Shown here piece after piece: positions 13,675-27,687 of a stretch of DNA of 64,000 nt. The first letter of the stretch is position 1. Each line of letters opens with the position of its first letter. Source of the stretch: Gallionella sp. GTDB lineage: Bacteria > Pseudomonadota > Gammaproteobacteria > Burkholderiales > Gallionellaceae. The translations under genes were made by a program, and so were the position numbers. The stretch is taken from the NCBI GenBank assembly GCA_039923775.1, contig JBDTCC010000022.1, positions 5,649 to 69,648 of the forward strand, given 5' to 3'. Under the pieces are notes generated by a model, which saw only the letters and a program-made list of their open reading frames with translations, had not been told where the DNA came from and searched no databases.

Positions 13675-14532
13675 ATGGCAAAGCTGCACAAGGGATTGGG
13701 TCGCGGACTGGATGCATTGTTGTCGGGCGGTAACAGTGAAAAAGATGAAGTAATGCGTGATTTGAATGTCACGCTACTCAGGCCGGGAAAATATCAGCCC
13801 AGAACGCACATGGACGAAGCATCGCTGAATGACCTGGCGGCATCGATCAAGGCACAGGGAATCATGCAGCCTATTTTAGTGAGGCAAGTGGCCGATAACA
13901 GTTATGAAATCATAGCGGGCGAACGGCGCTGGCGTGCAGCCCAATTGGCCGGATTGACGCATGTCCCTGTACTGGTGCGCAGCGTTCCCGACAATGCGGC
14001 ACTTGCGATGGCGTTGATTGAAAATATCCAGCGCGAAAACCTGAATCCGCTGGAGGAGGCAATAGGTATTCAGCGATTGATCGACGAGTTCAAAATGACA
14101 CATCATGTGGCCGCGGAAGCAGTCGGGCGCTCACGCAGTGCAGCCAGTAATCTGTTGCGACTGTTAAAGTTGCCTGCAGCAGTACAGGCCATGCTTATGG
14201 AAAACAAGCTGGATATGGGGCACGCCCGCGCATTATTGTCACTGGAAAGTGCTCAACAGGTATTGTTGGCGAATAAAATCGTGATGGAACAACTGTCTGT
14301 TCGCGAAGCGGAAAAACTTGTACAAAAGCAAACTGGCGAGCCGGAAAAGGAAAAGCACAAGAAGGCAGCCAAAATCAACCGCGACACACAGCGTTTGCAG
14401 GAAGAAATGAGCGCTCAACTTGGCGTGCGCGTGGAAATCAAACCGGGCAACAATGGCACAGGAAAATTGATTGTCGAATACGCGAACCATGAACAGTTGG
14501 AAGAATTCATGAGCAAGCTTAAAAAGAGCTAA
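13675..14532 (+). CDS. parB: Chromosome partitioning protein ParB
   Basis: KGLGRGLDALL, YQPR, IIAGERRWRAA, ALIENIQRENLNPLEEA, HTH region. Confidence 0.97.
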   Translation: MAKLHKGLGRGLDALLSGGNSEKDEVMRDLNVTLLRPGKYQPRTHMDEASLNDLAASIKAQGIMQPILVRQVADNSYEIIAGERRWRAAQLAGLTHVPVLVRSVPDNAALAMALIENIQRENLNPLEEAIGIQRLIDEFKMTHHVAAEAVGRSRSAASNLLRLLKLPAAVQAMLMENKLDMGHARALLSLESAQQVLLANKIVMEQLSVREAEKLVQKQTGEPEKEKHKKAAKINRDTQRLQEEMSAQLGVRVEIKPGNNGTGKLIVEYANHEQLEEFMSKLKKS

Positions 14533-14536
14533 GAAC

Positions 14537-15007
14537 TTGAGCAAAGAGTTAGGTGATTTACAGCAACAATGTTTGACACCCTTGGAAAACGCCGCTATCA
14601 TCCCCGCGCTTTTGGATGTTGAAGCCAAAGAGAGAAAAGTAACACGCCAAGTGATCTTGATGCAGGTGGTGTTTACGCTGTTTGGCGCAAGCATTGCTTA
14701 CAGCATAAAAGGCACGCCGCAATATGCGATAGCAGTGTTGGGCGGTGGTGGAATATCCGTAGTCAACGCGGCATTGTTGGCATGGAGGATGGTTCGAACC
14801 GCTACACATCCTGCCCATGAAGCACATCATCAATTACGGCTCATGTATTTTTACGCCGCCGAGAGGTTTCTGGTGGTCGTAGCGCTGCTTTGCATATGCA
14901 TAGTTGTGATGAAATTGTCGCCACTAGCATTGCTGGGTGGCTTTGTAATGGGCCAAGCGGTATTTGTAGCGGGCCGATTTGTTTTGAGTGGTTTTAGACT
15001 TAAATAG
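14537..15007 (+). CDS. atpI: ATP synthase protein I
   Basis: Four hydrophobic segments; lies between parB and atpB. TTG start uncertain. Confidence 0.8.
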   Translation: MSKELGDLQQQCLTPLENAAIIPALLDVEAKERKVTRQVILMQVVFTLFGASIAYSIKGTPQYAIAVLGGGGISVVNAALLAWRMVRTATHPAHEAHHQLRLMYFYAAERFLVVVALLCICIVVMKLSPLALLGGFVMGQAVFVAGRFVLSGFRLK

Positions 15008-15010
15008 TGA

Positions 15011-15880
<870 letters not shown>

Positions 15881-15919
15881 TCGATTTTATCAACTTTACT
15901 TTTTTAACAGGAGAAATAA

Positions 15920-16159
<240 letters not shown>

Positions 16160-16201
16160 GCGTCCCAAGCGAAAACGTATAACTAAAGAAAGGTAGCTTG
16201 C

Positions 16202-16672
16202 ATGAATATCAATGCGACTCTTTTAGCTCAGACGATCATGTTCGCGCTGTTTGTGTGGTTTTGTATGAAGTTTATATGGACCCCCATCATGGCTGCACTT
16301 GAGGAACGCAAGAAGCAAATCGCCGATGGTTTGGCGGATGCCGAAAGAGCGAAACTCGATCTGGAGTTGGCGGCAAAGCGTTCAGCAGAAATTCTGCGTG
16401 AAGCCAAGGAACAGGTCAGCGAAATAGTGGCAAATGGTGAAAAACGTGCCAGCGAGATAGTTGAAGCAGCCAAGGAACAAGCAAAGGCGGAGGGTGACCG
16501 CATCATTTCCGGTGCAAAGGCCGAGATCGATCAGGAAGTTTTTCGCGCCAAAGAACAATTGCGTACCCAGGTGTCGTCGATTGCATTGGCTGGTGCGAGC
16601 AAGATTCTCGGTCGTGAAATAGATGCGAAGACTCACAACCAATTGCTCGATAAACTGGTTTCGGAAATCTAA
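16202..16672 (+). CDS. atpF: ATP synthase F0 subunit b
   Basis: [11 protein letters not shown]-terminal [12 protein letters not shown], coiled coil. Confidence 0.97.
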   Translation: MNINATLLAQTIMFALFVWFCMKFIWTPIMAALEERKKQIADGLADAERAKLDLELAAKRSAEILREAKEQVSEIVANGEKRASEIVEAAKEQAKAEGDRIISGAKAEIDQEVFRAKEQLRTQVSSIALAGASKILGREIDAKTHNQLLDKLVSEI

Positions 16673-16677
16673 ATACC

Positions 16678-17211
16678 ATGTCTGAAGCCATTACCATTGC
16701 AAGACCATACGCTCAGGCGGCATTTGAAGAAGCACAAAAGCTGGCGGATTTGAAAGGCTGGTCCGAAACGCTGGTTTCTCTTGCGGAGACGATCTGCCAT
16801 CCTGAAGTCAGCTCGGTAATAACCAGTCCGCGCGTTGCCCAGTCGCAGCTCGAAAGTCTGATGGAAGCGCTGATGGGCAACCAGGCAACGACTCAACAGC
16901 GCAACTTTGTCCGAATACTGGTGGACAATCAGCGTCTGCTCCTGCTTCCGGAAATTGTCGCCATCTTTGAGGCACTGCGTGCGGAAGCGGAAAAAACCGT
17001 TAATGCGCTGGTTGAATCAGCGTTCGAATTATCTGCCGAGCAACAGGAAAAAATCAAAACCTCGCTGAAGGCGAGAATGGGCCGGGAAATAAAGCTGGTC
17101 TGTAAAGTAAACAAGGAATTGTTGGGCGGCGTGGTCATTCGCGCCGGAGATAAAGTGATCGACGGTTCTGCCCGCACCCGCCTAAGCGAAATGGCAAACG
17201 CGCTGGCCTGA
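16678..17211 (+). CDS. atpH: ATP synthase F1 subunit delta
   Basis: [27 protein letters not shown]. Confidence 0.97.
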   Translation: MSEAITIARPYAQAAFEEAQKLADLKGWSETLVSLAETICHPEVSSVITSPRVAQSQLESLMEALMGNQATTQQRNFVRILVDNQRLLLLPEIVAIFEALRAEAEKTVNALVESAFELSAEQQEKIKTSLKARMGREIKLVCKVNKELLGGVVIRAGDKVIDGSARTRLSEMANALA

Positions 17212-17239
17212 TAATAGATATATCAACGAGGAAATACAG

Positions 17240-18781
17240 ATGAAGCTCAACCCATCCGAAATTAGCAATTTAATACGCAGCCGTATCGACAACTTCGAGG
17301 CGCTGACTGAAGCGCGCACCGAAGGAACGGTCGTCAGCGTCACCGATGGTATCGTCCGGGTACACGGACTTTCCGACGTGATGCAGGGTGAAATGCTGGA
17401 GTTCCCCGGTAACACTTTCGGACTCGCGCTTAACCTTGAGCGTGATTCGGTCGGCGCCGTGATTCTGGGTGAATACGAGCATATAACCGAAGGTGACACA
17501 GTCAAATGTACCGGCCGTATTCTGGAAGTGCCTGTGGGCCCCGAGTTGTGCGGTCGTGTCGTGAATGCGCTGGGCCAGCCCATCGATGGCAAGGGTCCGA
17601 TCAACACCAAGATGACCGACAAGATTGAAAAAGTCGCTCCGGGTGTGATTGCGCGTAAATCGGTCGACCAACCCGTGCAAACAGGCTTGAAGTCCATCGA
17701 TTCAATGGTGCCGGTGGGTCGCGGACAACGCGAATTGATCATTGGCGACCGTCAAACGGGTAAAACGGCCGTTGCCGTGGATGCGATCATCAATCAAAAG
17801 GGTCAGAACATGACCTGTGTGTATGTCGCGGTCGGTCAAAAGGCATCCACCGTAGTCAACGTGGTGCGCAAGCTGGAAGAACACGGTGCTCTTGAATATA
17901 CGATCGTGGTTGTTGCAACGGCATCTGATTCGGCGGCGATGCAATTCCTCGCGCCTTATGCTGGTTGTACCATGGGTGAATATTTCCGCGATCGCGGCGA
18001 AGACGCGCTGATCGTTTACGATGACTTGACCAAGCAAGCCTGGGCGTACCGTCAGATATCCTTGCTGTTGCGTCGTCCACCGGGTCGTGAAGCATACCCC
18101 GGTGACGTATTTTACCTGCACTCGCGCCTGCTGGAGCGTGCAGCGCGTGTGAATGCCGACTACGTGGAAGCATTCACCAAGGGCGCAGTAAAAGGAAAGA
18201 CAGGTTCGCTGACCGCTTTACCCATTATTGAGACACAGGCAGGCGACGTTTCTGCTTTCGTCCCTACCAATGTGATTTCCATCACCGACGGACAAATATT
18301 TTTGGAAGCAGATTTGTTCAACGCAGGTATCCGCCCCGCGATCAACGCAGGTATCTCGGTGTCCCGCGTGGGTGGTGCAGCACAGACTAAAGTCATCAAG
18401 AAGCTGGGTGGCGGTGTTCGTCTCGCGCTGGCGCAATACCGCGAGCTGGCTGCTTTCGCACAATTCGCTTCAGATCTGGACGAGGCAACTCGCAAGCAAC
18501 TGGAACGGGGCCGCATGGTTACCGAATTGATGAAGCAGCTGCAATATGCACCTTTGTCTGTAGCTGAAATGGCGGTCACGCTGTTTGCTGTCAATAAAGG
18601 CTACTTCGATGACGTGCCAGTTCCTAAAGCGCTTGCTTTCGAGGCTGTGTTGCACGCTCATCTGAAATCCAGCAACAAGGGCCTGTTGGATACGATTGAA
18701 TCCAGCAAGGACCTGTCAGCTGACAATGAGAAATTGCTGTCTGCAGCGATCGAAAAATTCAAAGCGACAGCTGTTTACTGA
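17240..18781 (+). CDS. atpA: ATP synthase F1 subunit alpha
   Basis: 513 aa: [30 protein letters not shown]. Confidence 0.99.
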   Translation: MKLNPSEISNLIRSRIDNFEALTEARTEGTVVSVTDGIVRVHGLSDVMQGEMLEFPGNTFGLALNLERDSVGAVILGEYEHITEGDTVKCTGRILEVPVGPELCGRVVNALGQPIDGKGPINTKMTDKIEKVAPGVIARKSVDQPVQTGLKSIDSMVPVGRGQRELIIGDRQTGKTAVAVDAIINQKGQNMTCVYVAVGQKASTVVNVVRKLEEHGALEYTIVVVATASDSAAMQFLAPYAGCTMGEYFRDRGEDALIVYDDLTKQAWAYRQISLLLRRPPGREAYPGDVFYLHSRLLERAARVNADYVEAFTKGAVKGKTGSLTALPIIETQAGDVSAFVPTNVISITDGQIFLEADLFNAGIRPAINAGISVSRVGGAAQTKVIKKLGGGVRLALAQYRELAAFAQFASDLDEATRKQLERGRMVTELMKQLQYAPLSVAEMAVTLFAVNKGYFDDVPVPKALAFEAVLHAHLKSSNKGLLDTIESSKDLSADNEKLLSAAIEKFKATAVY

Positions 18782-18789
18782 TAGAACAA

Positions 18790-18898
18790 CTAACCATCTG
18801 ACTAAGCTGCAAAAAACGCAGCAAGTCATTGGTTATGATAAAAAAACTAGCCATCCCACTAAGCAACCAAAAGACGGTTGCCAAGTGGCTGGTTATGA
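18790..18898 (+). repeat. Tandem pair of imperfect palindromic ~50-nt repeats (REP-like hairpins)
   Basis: Copy 1, 18790-18838: CTAACCATCTGACTAAGCTGC-AAAAAAC-GCAGCAAGTCATTGGTTATGA. Copy 2, 18847-18898: CTAGCCATCCCACTAAGCAACC-AAAAGAC-GGTTGCCAAGTGGCTGGTTATGA. The differences between copies preserve base pairing. Confidence 0.88.
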
Positions 18899-18911
18899 GA
18901 CGGGGTGAAAA

Positions 18912-19778
18912 ATGGCCGGCAGTAAAGAGATACGCACCAAGATCAAGAGTGTAGAAAATACACGCAAGATCACGCGCGCCATGGAAATGGTGGCAGCTGC
19001 AAAGATGCGTAAAGCACAGGAACGTATGCACGCGGCCCGCCCTTACGCTGAAAAAATTCGCGCCGTCGCCGCGCATCTATCGCGGGCGAATCCGGAATAC
19101 AAGCATCCATTTCTGGTGAAGCGAGAAGGAATCAAGAATGTCGGCTTGATCGTGGTGACTTCGGATAAAGGATTATGTGGTGGATTAAACACCAACGTAT
19201 TGCGTCTCGCAGTGAGTCGCATGAAATCCTGGGAGAGTGAAGGAAAGGGTCTTCTGATTTGCCCGATTGGCAACAAAGGACTGGGATTTATGAACCGTGT
19301 CGGGGCCAAGGTCAAATCACATCTGACAGGTTTGGGAGACACACCGCATATAGAGAAACTGATCGGTGCGATAAAAGTGATGCTGGATGCTTACATAGCC
19401 GGCGAGATTGATGCGATCCATATCAGCTACAACCATTTCGTCAACACGATGAAACAGGAGCCGTGTGTGGAGCAATTACTGCCGCTAACCGGCGAGCAGA
19501 TGGGAACCGCGGAAGGTAACTGGGACTATATCTACGAGCCGGACGCCAAACAGGTGATTGATGCATTGCTGGTGCGCTATATAGAGTCTCTGGTTTACCA
19601 ATCGGTGGTCGAGAACATGGCCTCCGAACAAAGCTCGCGGATGGTGGCGATGAAAGCCGCATCTGATAATGCGAGAGACGTGATTGCGGATCTCAAGCTG
19701 GTATACAACAAGGCGCGCCAGGCGGCCATTACCCGTGAAATTTCGGAGATAGTCAGCGGCGCAGCGGCAGTTGGTTGA
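18912..19778 (+). CDS. atpG: ATP synthase F1 subunit gamma
   Basis: [42 protein letters not shown]. Confidence 0.99.
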   Translation: MAGSKEIRTKIKSVENTRKITRAMEMVAAAKMRKAQERMHAARPYAEKIRAVAAHLSRANPEYKHPFLVKREGIKNVGLIVVTSDKGLCGGLNTNVLRLAVSRMKSWESEGKGLLICPIGNKGLGFMNRVGAKVKSHLTGLGDTPHIEKLIGAIKVMLDAYIAGEIDAIHISYNHFVNTMKQEPCVEQLLPLTGEQMGTAEGNWDYIYEPDAKQVIDALLVRYIESLVYQSVVENMASEQSSRMVAMKAASDNARDVIADLKLVYNKARQAAITREISEIVSGAAAVG

Positions 19779-19807
19779 TATAAATAATTTGCAGCAACAA
19801 ATATTAA

Positions 19808-21265
<1,458 letters not shown>

Positions 21266-21279
21266 AAACGGGGGCAACC

Positions 21280-21708
21280 ATGGCAATGACCGTACATGTC
21301 GACGTAGTTAGCGCGGAAGCGTCAATTTTCTCAGGACTGGCCGAAATGGTCGTGGTTCCGGGAGAGATGGGTGAACTGGGTATATATCCCGGCCACACCG
21401 CGCTGATGACACGCATCAAACCGGGTTCGGTCAGGATCAAACGACCGGACCAGGAACAGCAAGAACTTATCTATGTGTCTGGCGGCATGCTTGAAATACA
21501 GCCCGGTGTCGTAACTGTACTGGCCGATACCGCGATACGCGGCGGCGACCTAGATGAAGCACGCGCATTACAGGCAAAGCAAGACGCAGAGGAAGCGATG
21601 AAGAATCGCACTTCCGACATCGACTATGCCCAAGCCCAGGCCGAACTGGCTGAAGCGATTGCACAGCTGACGACAATCAAACATTTGCGTAACCGTAGCG
21701 GACATTAA
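21280..21708 (+). CDS. atpC: ATP synthase F1 subunit epsilon
   Basis: [30 protein letters not shown]-terminal helices. Confidence 0.98.
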   Translation: MAMTVHVDVVSAEASIFSGLAEMVVVPGEMGELGIYPGHTALMTRIKPGSVRIKRPDQEQQELIYVSGGMLEIQPGVVTVLADTAIRGGDLDEARALQAKQDAEEAMKNRTSDIDYAQAQAELAEAIAQLTTIKHLRNRSGH

Positions 21709-21726
21709 GATCCGTGCTCGGGGAGG

Positions 21727-21756
21727 ACAAGAAAGCAGCTTCGGCTGCTTTCTTGT
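21727..21756. terminator. Intrinsic, probably bidirectional, terminator after the atp operon
   Basis: ACAAGAAAGCAGC-TTCG-GCTGCTTTCTTGT, a 13-bp stem between convergent atpC and the DUF938 gene. Confidence 0.85.
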
Positions 21757-21774
21757 TTGGCTGGTGCGGAATTG

Positions 21775-22368
21775 CTATTCATGCGCTTGCCAGACCAGCA
21801 TGCGGTTGTTGGACGGCATGGCTATATCGCGCAATAAATTCAAGCCATGCAATGCGGCAAGCTGATTCACTGATTCAAAATCACGCACGCCGCTGTTCGG
21901 GTCGCGCGACTTGAGCCATGCATCGAAGCGCGCATTACTTTCGGAAGTAAACTTTCCACCGTAGTTGTATGGCCCATAGAGGCATACATATCCGCCCGGG
22001 GCAATACGGCGGCCGATGTTAGCGAACATTCGTTCGACGTCGGGCCACGAAATGATGTGCACGGTGTTGGCATTGAAAATTGCGTCAACCTGTGAAATCG
22101 GCCAATCCGCATCACCCACGTCGATGGCCAGCGGGCTTAACACATTGGATAGCTGTGCTTCATCCAGCCATGCCTGTATGCCGGCAAGGTTATGCGCCAA
22201 TTCGGAAGGTTGCCAGATCAAATGAGGAAGTTCCCGGCCAAAATAAACGGCGTGCTGGCCGGTGCCGCTGGCAATCTCAAGCACCCGCTTGCGCTCGGCG
22301 AAAAATTCCTTGAGCACGGCCAGGATAGGTATTTTGTTATTCTCACTGGATTCGGCGTAAGGCTTCAT
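21775..22368 (-). CDS. DUF938-family SAM-dependent methyltransferase
   Basis: KPYAESSENNK, VLEIASGTGQHA, WQPSE, LYGPY, SNARFDAWLK, MPSNN. Start set at ATG 22368 (197 aa). Confidence 0.88.
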   Translation of the reverse strand: MKPYAESSENNKIPILAVLKEFFAERKRVLEIASGTGQHAVYFGRELPHLIWQPSELAHNLAGIQAWLDEAQLSNVLSPLAIDVGDADWPISQVDAIFNANTVHIISWPDVERMFANIGRRIAPGGYVCLYGPYNYGGKFTSESNARFDAWLKSRDPNSGVRDFESVNQLAALHGLNLLRDIAMPSNNRMLVWQAHE

Positions 22369-22431
22369 GGGTATATTCCGGTAAATTAGTGACCCATTGT
22401 AGAATATGTCATCACAGCTTATAACCTCTCC

Positions 22432-23574
22432 ATGAATGCACCCGCCCTGAAGATCATCGACAACCTTGCGGATATAGACGTTTCCGATTGGGATGCCTTG
22501 GCAGGGAAAGATCCGTTTGTTTCGCACGCGTATTTGTCCGCGCTGCAAGGAAGCGGGTGTGCATCGGCGCAGTTCGGGTGGCAGCCGCAATATATTACCC
22601 TTTGGCAGAACGCGCGATTGCTGGCAGCAATGCCGCTTTATCTGAAGATGAATTCATACGGTGAGCATGTGTTCGATTTTGCCTGGGCCGACGCATATCA
22701 CCGGCACGGACTACACTATTATCCCAAGCTGGTGTGCACGGTGCCATTCACACCGGTAACCGGCAAACGTCTGTTGGTGGTACCGGGTGCCGATGAAAAC
22801 AAATTGCGCGCATTATTGCTCGGTTTCGCGCTGCAGTTTGCAAAAGAATCCGGGGTGTCTTCGCTACATTGCCTGTTTCCTGATGAAGCCGATGCGCAGT
22901 TGATGCAGCAACAGGGGATGATGCTGCGCCAGGATGTGCAGTTCCACTGGCAGAATCCGGGCTATCGTGACTTTGATGAATTTCTGGCCACACTGAGCCG
23001 TGACAAGCGCAAGCGGATCAGACAGGAGCGGCGCAAAGTGAACCAGGCGGGGATAACTTTACAGTGTATTACCGGTGATAACGCCACCGCAGATCAGTGG
23101 GATTTCTTTGCATCATGCTATGCACATACCCGGCAGATACACCATTCACCGCCAGCCTTGAATGATGAATTCTTCCGGCGCATCGGTGCTGATTTTCCTC
23201 AAAATACCCTGTTGGTAATTGCGACACGCGAGGGGCGGATGATTGCAAGTGCGCTGAATATAGTTACCAAAGAGGTGCTATACGGGCGCTCATGGGGAAC
23301 GTTCGAATTTCACTCCGGTCTCCATTTTGAAGCTTGCTATTATCAGGCAATCGAGTTCTGCATCGCGCGCAACATCAAGACCTTTGAAGGCGGGGCACAG
23401 GGGGAACACAAGTTGGCACGAGGGTTTTTGCCGGTGACCACACACTCGGCGCATTGGCTGGCGCATGCCGAGTTTTCGCGTGCGGTGGAAAACTATTTGC
23501 AGCGGGAGACCAGTGCCATATCGGAGTATGTGGACGAACTGAATGACAGAAGCCCGTTCAAGCACTCATCCTGA
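22432..23574 (+). CDS. GNAT/FemAB-like acyltransferase (DUF482 family)
   Basis: PLYLKMNSYGEHVFDFAWADAY, YYPKL, PFTPVTG, YGRSWG, LHFEACYYQAIEFCI, FEGGAQGEHKLARGF. Confidence 0.88.
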   Translation: MNAPALKIIDNLADIDVSDWDALAGKDPFVSHAYLSALQGSGCASAQFGWQPQYITLWQNARLLAAMPLYLKMNSYGEHVFDFAWADAYHRHGLHYYPKLVCTVPFTPVTGKRLLVVPGADENKLRALLLGFALQFAKESGVSSLHCLFPDEADAQLMQQQGMMLRQDVQFHWQNPGYRDFDEFLATLSRDKRKRIRQERRKVNQAGITLQCITGDNATADQWDFFASCYAHTRQIHHSPPALNDEFFRRIGADFPQNTLLVIATREGRMIASALNIVTKEVLYGRSWGTFEFHSGLHFEACYYQAIEFCIARNIKTFEGGAQGEHKLARGFLPVTTHSAHWLAHAEFSRAVENYLQRETSAISEYVDELNDRSPFKHSS

Positions 23575-23633
23575 TAGGCGGTCAATATTCCCGAAAAGTG
23601 AATTAAAAGCAGGAGTGTCAGGATTTTGGAACA

Positions 23634-24140
23634 CTACTTGGCTAGCAATATTCCCGCAAGACGTCCGATCAACATCCAGACAGCGAGGAACACCAGCCAG
23701 AGGGCAACCCCGACAACAATGGCAAATACGACACTCTGGGGGGTCAAATTAAAGGCGGGTGAAAATAGCTCCCAGGTCGCACGGGCAATAAGCGGATCGG
23801 CTTTGGTCAGCATATATGTCAGTTGATGAAACAAATCGGTGTTGAGCGCCTGGAGTGTTTGCCTTAATTGTCCGGCAGAATCAACCATTCCCTGCAACGC
23901 TGCACCTTCGTCATGAAAAGTCTGATCTGGACTTACCAGATGATATTGGATCAATTCCAGCAGGCTGCCATGATGAAACTGATTGGCGATCGCCTGAAAG
24001 GGCGCTATATCATGCAGTACCTGATCGAGCTGGCCGCCGACGCGCTGACGATACTGGGCGATAAAACTCGGGATGCAGCCGGCAGCAACAACACCGATCA
24101 CCAGAATGATACGATCCAGAATTCCTCGCAAGAAATCCAT
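23634..24140 (-). CDS. DUF2937-family membrane protein
   Basis: TM at both ends with PSFIAQYRQRVGGQLDQ in the DUF2937 style. Start set at M7 of the ORF. Confidence 0.7.
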   Translation of the reverse strand: MDFLRGILDRIILVIGVVAAGCIPSFIAQYRQRVGGQLDQVLHDIAPFQAIANQFHHGSLLELIQYHLVSPDQTFHDEGAALQGMVDSAGQLRQTLQALNTDLFHQLTYMLTKADPLIARATWELFSPAFNLTPQSVVFAIVVGVALWLVFLAVWMLIGRLAGILLAK

Positions 24141-24326
24141 CGTGGTCTGACTATGCAAAAATTGTTTTCATACGCGAATCGTGACGCGAACCGGGTCAAA
24201 TAGCAAGGTTCAACTGCAACTCGGCATTGCGAAATGGTTGTGGTGAAGTCGCCTCACCACTAACAGCAAGTTAAGCGCGCCGAATGGCCGGTTTTGTTTA
24301 TAATCTGGCATCTACAGAAAGCTGAC

Positions 24327-25691
24327 ATGAACCTGTTGAACATTGTTGTCCTTGCTGCCGGAAAAGGCACGCGTATGTACTCCGACAAGCCCAAGGTGCT
24401 GCACGCACTGGCGGGTAGGCCGCTGCTGCAACATGTGCTGGATAGTGCCACTGCGCTCCAGCCACAGAAGGTTTGCGTAGTGTACGGGCACGGCGGCGAT
24501 GCAGTGCCCAAAGCAATGGCGCATTACAAGGCCAGCTTTGTGATCCAGGAGCCGCAACTGGGGACAGGACATGCGGTGCAACAGGCGATGCCGCACCTAG
24601 ATGATGATGGCAAGACACTGGTACTGTATGGCGATGTGCCGCTGATTCAGCAAAGCACGTTGCACCAGATGCGACTAGCGGGTGACGGACTGGTGTTGTT
24701 GACCGTGAATCTGCCCAATCCGACTGGTTACGGACGGATTGTGCGCGATGCGCAGGGCGATGCCCAGAGCATCGTCGAGGAAAAAGATGCCACACCCGAG
24801 CAGCGCGAGATCCGTGAAGTGAATACCGGCATCCTGCTGGCACCGACGAAGTTGTTGCGTGGCTGGTTGGAAAAACTGCAGAATAAAAATTCCCAGGGTG
24901 AGTACTACCTTACTGACATCGTCAGCATGGCCGTCCAACAAAGTATTGCCGTGCATACCGTGCAGCCCGCACACGAGTGGGAGGTACACGGCATAAACAG
25001 CAAATCGCAGTTGATGGTGCTGGAACGTACCTGGCAATTGGTCGAGGCTTCGCGTTTGCTGGTGCAGGGCGTGACACTGGCAGACGCCGCGCGCATCGAT
25101 ATACGCGGAAAACTGGATTGCGGTCGCGATGTCGAGATTGATGTCGGCTGTATCTTTGAGGGTAACGTGACTCTGGGCAACAACGTACGGGTGGGCGCTT
25201 ACAGTGTGATCAGGGATGCCAGCATCGCTACAGGGACGGACATCGCACCCTACAGCCACATTGACAGCAGCGAGGTGGGCGCTAACTGCCACATCGGTCC
25301 CTACGCGCGCTTGCGCCCCGGAACCAAACTACATGATGAAGTGCATATCGGCAATTTTGTTGAAGTGAAAAACAGCGAAATCGCGGCAAACAGCAAGGCC
25401 AATCATCTCAGCTACATTGGCGACAGCACGGTCGGGAGCCGCGTCAACATCGGCGCAGGTACCATCACATGCAATTATGACGGTGCGAACAAGCATCGCA
25501 CCGTCATAGACGATGATGTATTGATCGGTTCGGATACTCAGCTGATCGCCCCAGTGACGGTGGGCAAGGGCGCAACGATAGCCGCCGGCACCACGGTGTG
25601 GAAAGACGCCCCTGCCGGGGAATTGACACTGAATGGCAAAACACAAACGACCAAGCCGGGCTGGAAGCGTCCCCAAAAGGCAAAAAAATAA
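24327..25691 (+). CDS. glmU: Bifunctional UDP-GlcNAc pyrophosphorylase / glucosamine-1-phosphate N-acetyltransferase
   Basis: [23 protein letters not shown], hexapeptide repeats, [17 protein letters not shown] -10 lies at 24299-24304. Confidence 0.98.
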   Translation: MNLLNIVVLAAGKGTRMYSDKPKVLHALAGRPLLQHVLDSATALQPQKVCVVYGHGGDAVPKAMAHYKASFVIQEPQLGTGHAVQQAMPHLDDDGKTLVLYGDVPLIQQSTLHQMRLAGDGLVLLTVNLPNPTGYGRIVRDAQGDAQSIVEEKDATPEQREIREVNTGILLAPTKLLRGWLEKLQNKNSQGEYYLTDIVSMAVQQSIAVHTVQPAHEWEVHGINSKSQLMVLERTWQLVEASRLLVQGVTLADAARIDIRGKLDCGRDVEIDVGCIFEGNVTLGNNVRVGAYSVIRDASIATGTDIAPYSHIDSSEVGANCHIGPYARLRPGTKLHDEVHIGNFVEVKNSEIAANSKANHLSYIGDSTVGSRVNIGAGTITCNYDGANKHRTVIDDDVLIGSDTQLIAPVTVGKGATIAAGTTVWKDAPAGELTLNGKTQTTKPGWKRPQKAKK

Positions 25692-25709
25692 TGAAAGTGA
25701 AGAAATAAC

Positions 25710-27536
25710 ATGTGCGGAATCGTAGGCGCAGTAGCACAACGCAATGTAGTACCAATTTTGCTGGAAGGTCTGCTACGGCTGGAATATCGCGGCTATGACT
25801 CGGCCGGTCTGGTCGTGGAACACAATGGACAGCTGGAACGAATGCGTAGTACCGGACGCGTTCCCGACCTTGCCAAAAAAAGCGCGGCCATCGAAGGTTT
25901 GATCGGCATCGCGCATACACGTTGGGCGACGCACGGCGTACCCAGCGAGCGTAACGCACACCCGCATGTCAGCAAAAATCTCATTGCTGTAGTGCATAAC
26001 GGAATCATCGAAAACTACGAGACATTGCGCACCCGCCTGACAGGCGCTGGCTATGAATTCACATCGGATACCGATACCGAAGTCATCGCACATTTGATAC
26101 ATAGCCACTACATACTTGGCAATTCGCTGTTGGCCGCAACACAGGCATCACTTGCCGAGTTGGTGGGCGCTTACGCGATAGGCGTCATCGCGGCGGACAA
26201 TCCCGACCAACTCATTTGTGCGCGACGCGGCAGCCCACTCTTGCTGGGTGTGGGTATCGGAGAACATTTCATTGCCTCGGACGTCTCCGCGCTGTTGGCG
26301 GTGACCCGCAATATCGTCTATCTCGATGAGGGTGATGTGGTTGAACTGGGGCGACTCGATTATCATATCTACAATGCGCAGGGCAAACGCGTGGAGCGCG
26401 CGGTGCAAATCAGCGAGATGAGCAACGAAAGCGTACAGTTGGGTCAGTATCGCCACTACATGCAGAAGGAGATCCACGAACAACCTCAGGCATTGGCGGA
26501 TACGCTCGAATCGGTTTGCAACAGCCAGTCGCTGGTGCCCGGTATTTTTGGTGCAGAAGCAGCGGATACGTTTGCCGGTATCGACAGTGTATTGATTTTG
26601 GCATGCGGCACCAGTTATCACGCCGGGCTGGTGGCCCGCTATTGGCTGGAAGAGATTTCCGGCATCCGCTGTACTGTGGAAGTGGCCAGCGAGTATCGCT
26701 ATCGCGTCAGCGTTGCAAACCCGAATACACTGGTGGTGGTCATCTCGCAATCCGGGGAGACCGCCGACACTCAGGCCGCGCTGAACCATGCCAAGGCGCA
26801 AGGCCAAATCCATACGCTCGCGATCTGCAACGTTGCGGAAAGTGCACTGGTCAGATTGTGCAAGCTGCGCCTGCTGACACGTGCCGGGCCGGAAATCGGC
26901 GTGGCTTCAACCAAGGCGTTCACCACGCAGCTTGCCGCGCTGTTCCTGCTAACACTGGTGCTAGCCAAACAACGCGGACGATTGACCGAAGAGCAGGAGC
27001 AAAAACATCTGCACGAATTGCGCCACTTGCCCACGGCGGTGCAAAGGGTGCTGGATATGGAACCGCAAATCGCCAAGCTCGCCGAGCAGTTTGCAAGCAA
27101 ACATCACGCACTGTTCCTGGGGCGCGGCCTTCACTACCCTATTGCACTGGAAGGTGCACTCAAACTCAAGGAGATTTCCTATATACATGCTGAAGCCTAT
27201 CCCGCAGGCGAGTTGAAACACGGTCCGCTGGCGCTGGTGGACAAGGACATGCCGGTGATCTCGGTTGCGCCGAACGATGCGCTGCTGGAAAAACTGAAAT
27301 CCAATTTGCAGGAAGTTCGTGCACGCGGTGGGGAACTGTATGTGTTCGCCGATGCGAATACTCATATAAGCGAGGCGGACGGCATCCATATCATTCAGAT
27401 GCCTGAACACGCGGGATATTTAAGCCCGATTTTGCACACCATTCCGCTGCAATTGCTGGCCTATTATGTTGCGCTGCAAAAGGGCACCGATGTGGACAAG
27501 CCGCGCAATCTTGCCAAGTCGGTCACGGTCGAGTGA
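25710..27536 (+). CDS. glmS: Glutamine-fructose-6-phosphate aminotransferase
   Basis: [34 protein letters not shown]-terminal [11 protein letters not shown]. Confidence 0.99.
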   Translation: MCGIVGAVAQRNVVPILLEGLLRLEYRGYDSAGLVVEHNGQLERMRSTGRVPDLAKKSAAIEGLIGIAHTRWATHGVPSERNAHPHVSKNLIAVVHNGIIENYETLRTRLTGAGYEFTSDTDTEVIAHLIHSHYILGNSLLAATQASLAELVGAYAIGVIAADNPDQLICARRGSPLLLGVGIGEHFIASDVSALLAVTRNIVYLDEGDVVELGRLDYHIYNAQGKRVERAVQISEMSNESVQLGQYRHYMQKEIHEQPQALADTLESVCNSQSLVPGIFGAEAADTFAGIDSVLILACGTSYHAGLVARYWLEEISGIRCTVEVASEYRYRVSVANPNTLVVVISQSGETADTQAALNHAKAQGQIHTLAICNVAESALVRLCKLRLLTRAGPEIGVASTKAFTTQLAALFLLTLVLAKQRGRLTEEQEQKHLHELRHLPTAVQRVLDMEPQIAKLAEQFASKHHALFLGRGLHYPIALEGALKLKEISYIHAEAYPAGELKHGPLALVDKDMPVISVAPNDALLEKLKSNLQEVRARGGELYVFADANTHISEADGIHIIQMPEHAGYLSPILHTIPLQLLAYYVALQKGTDVDKPRNLAKSVTVE

Positions 27537-27687
27537 CGCGCTTGGCGCAAGGCCATTGAAGCAAAAATAGATGGATATTTACACCTATCAGTGGCTGGAA
27601 GCACGGGATAAACGCTGTCTCAAAGCAGGATAATTTTCTCCCTGCAGTTTAGAATTACAACCTCGAAAAATTTCTGGAAATCGCATT

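Noticed and set aside
18790-18898. Possible CRISPR mini-array
   Set aside because: Only two divergent copies separated by 8 nt, no spacer of CRISPR length, and no cas genes.
18696-18908. 70-aa ORF overlapping the atpA end and reading through the repeats
   Set aside because: Starts inside atpA in another frame with no clear SD; used only as evidence that the repeats keep an open frame.
27571-27633. 20-codon ORF upstream of ilvD as an attenuator leader
   Set aside because: MDIYTYQWLEARDKRCLKAG is not enriched in Ile/Leu/Val, and no terminator/antiterminator pair is visible.
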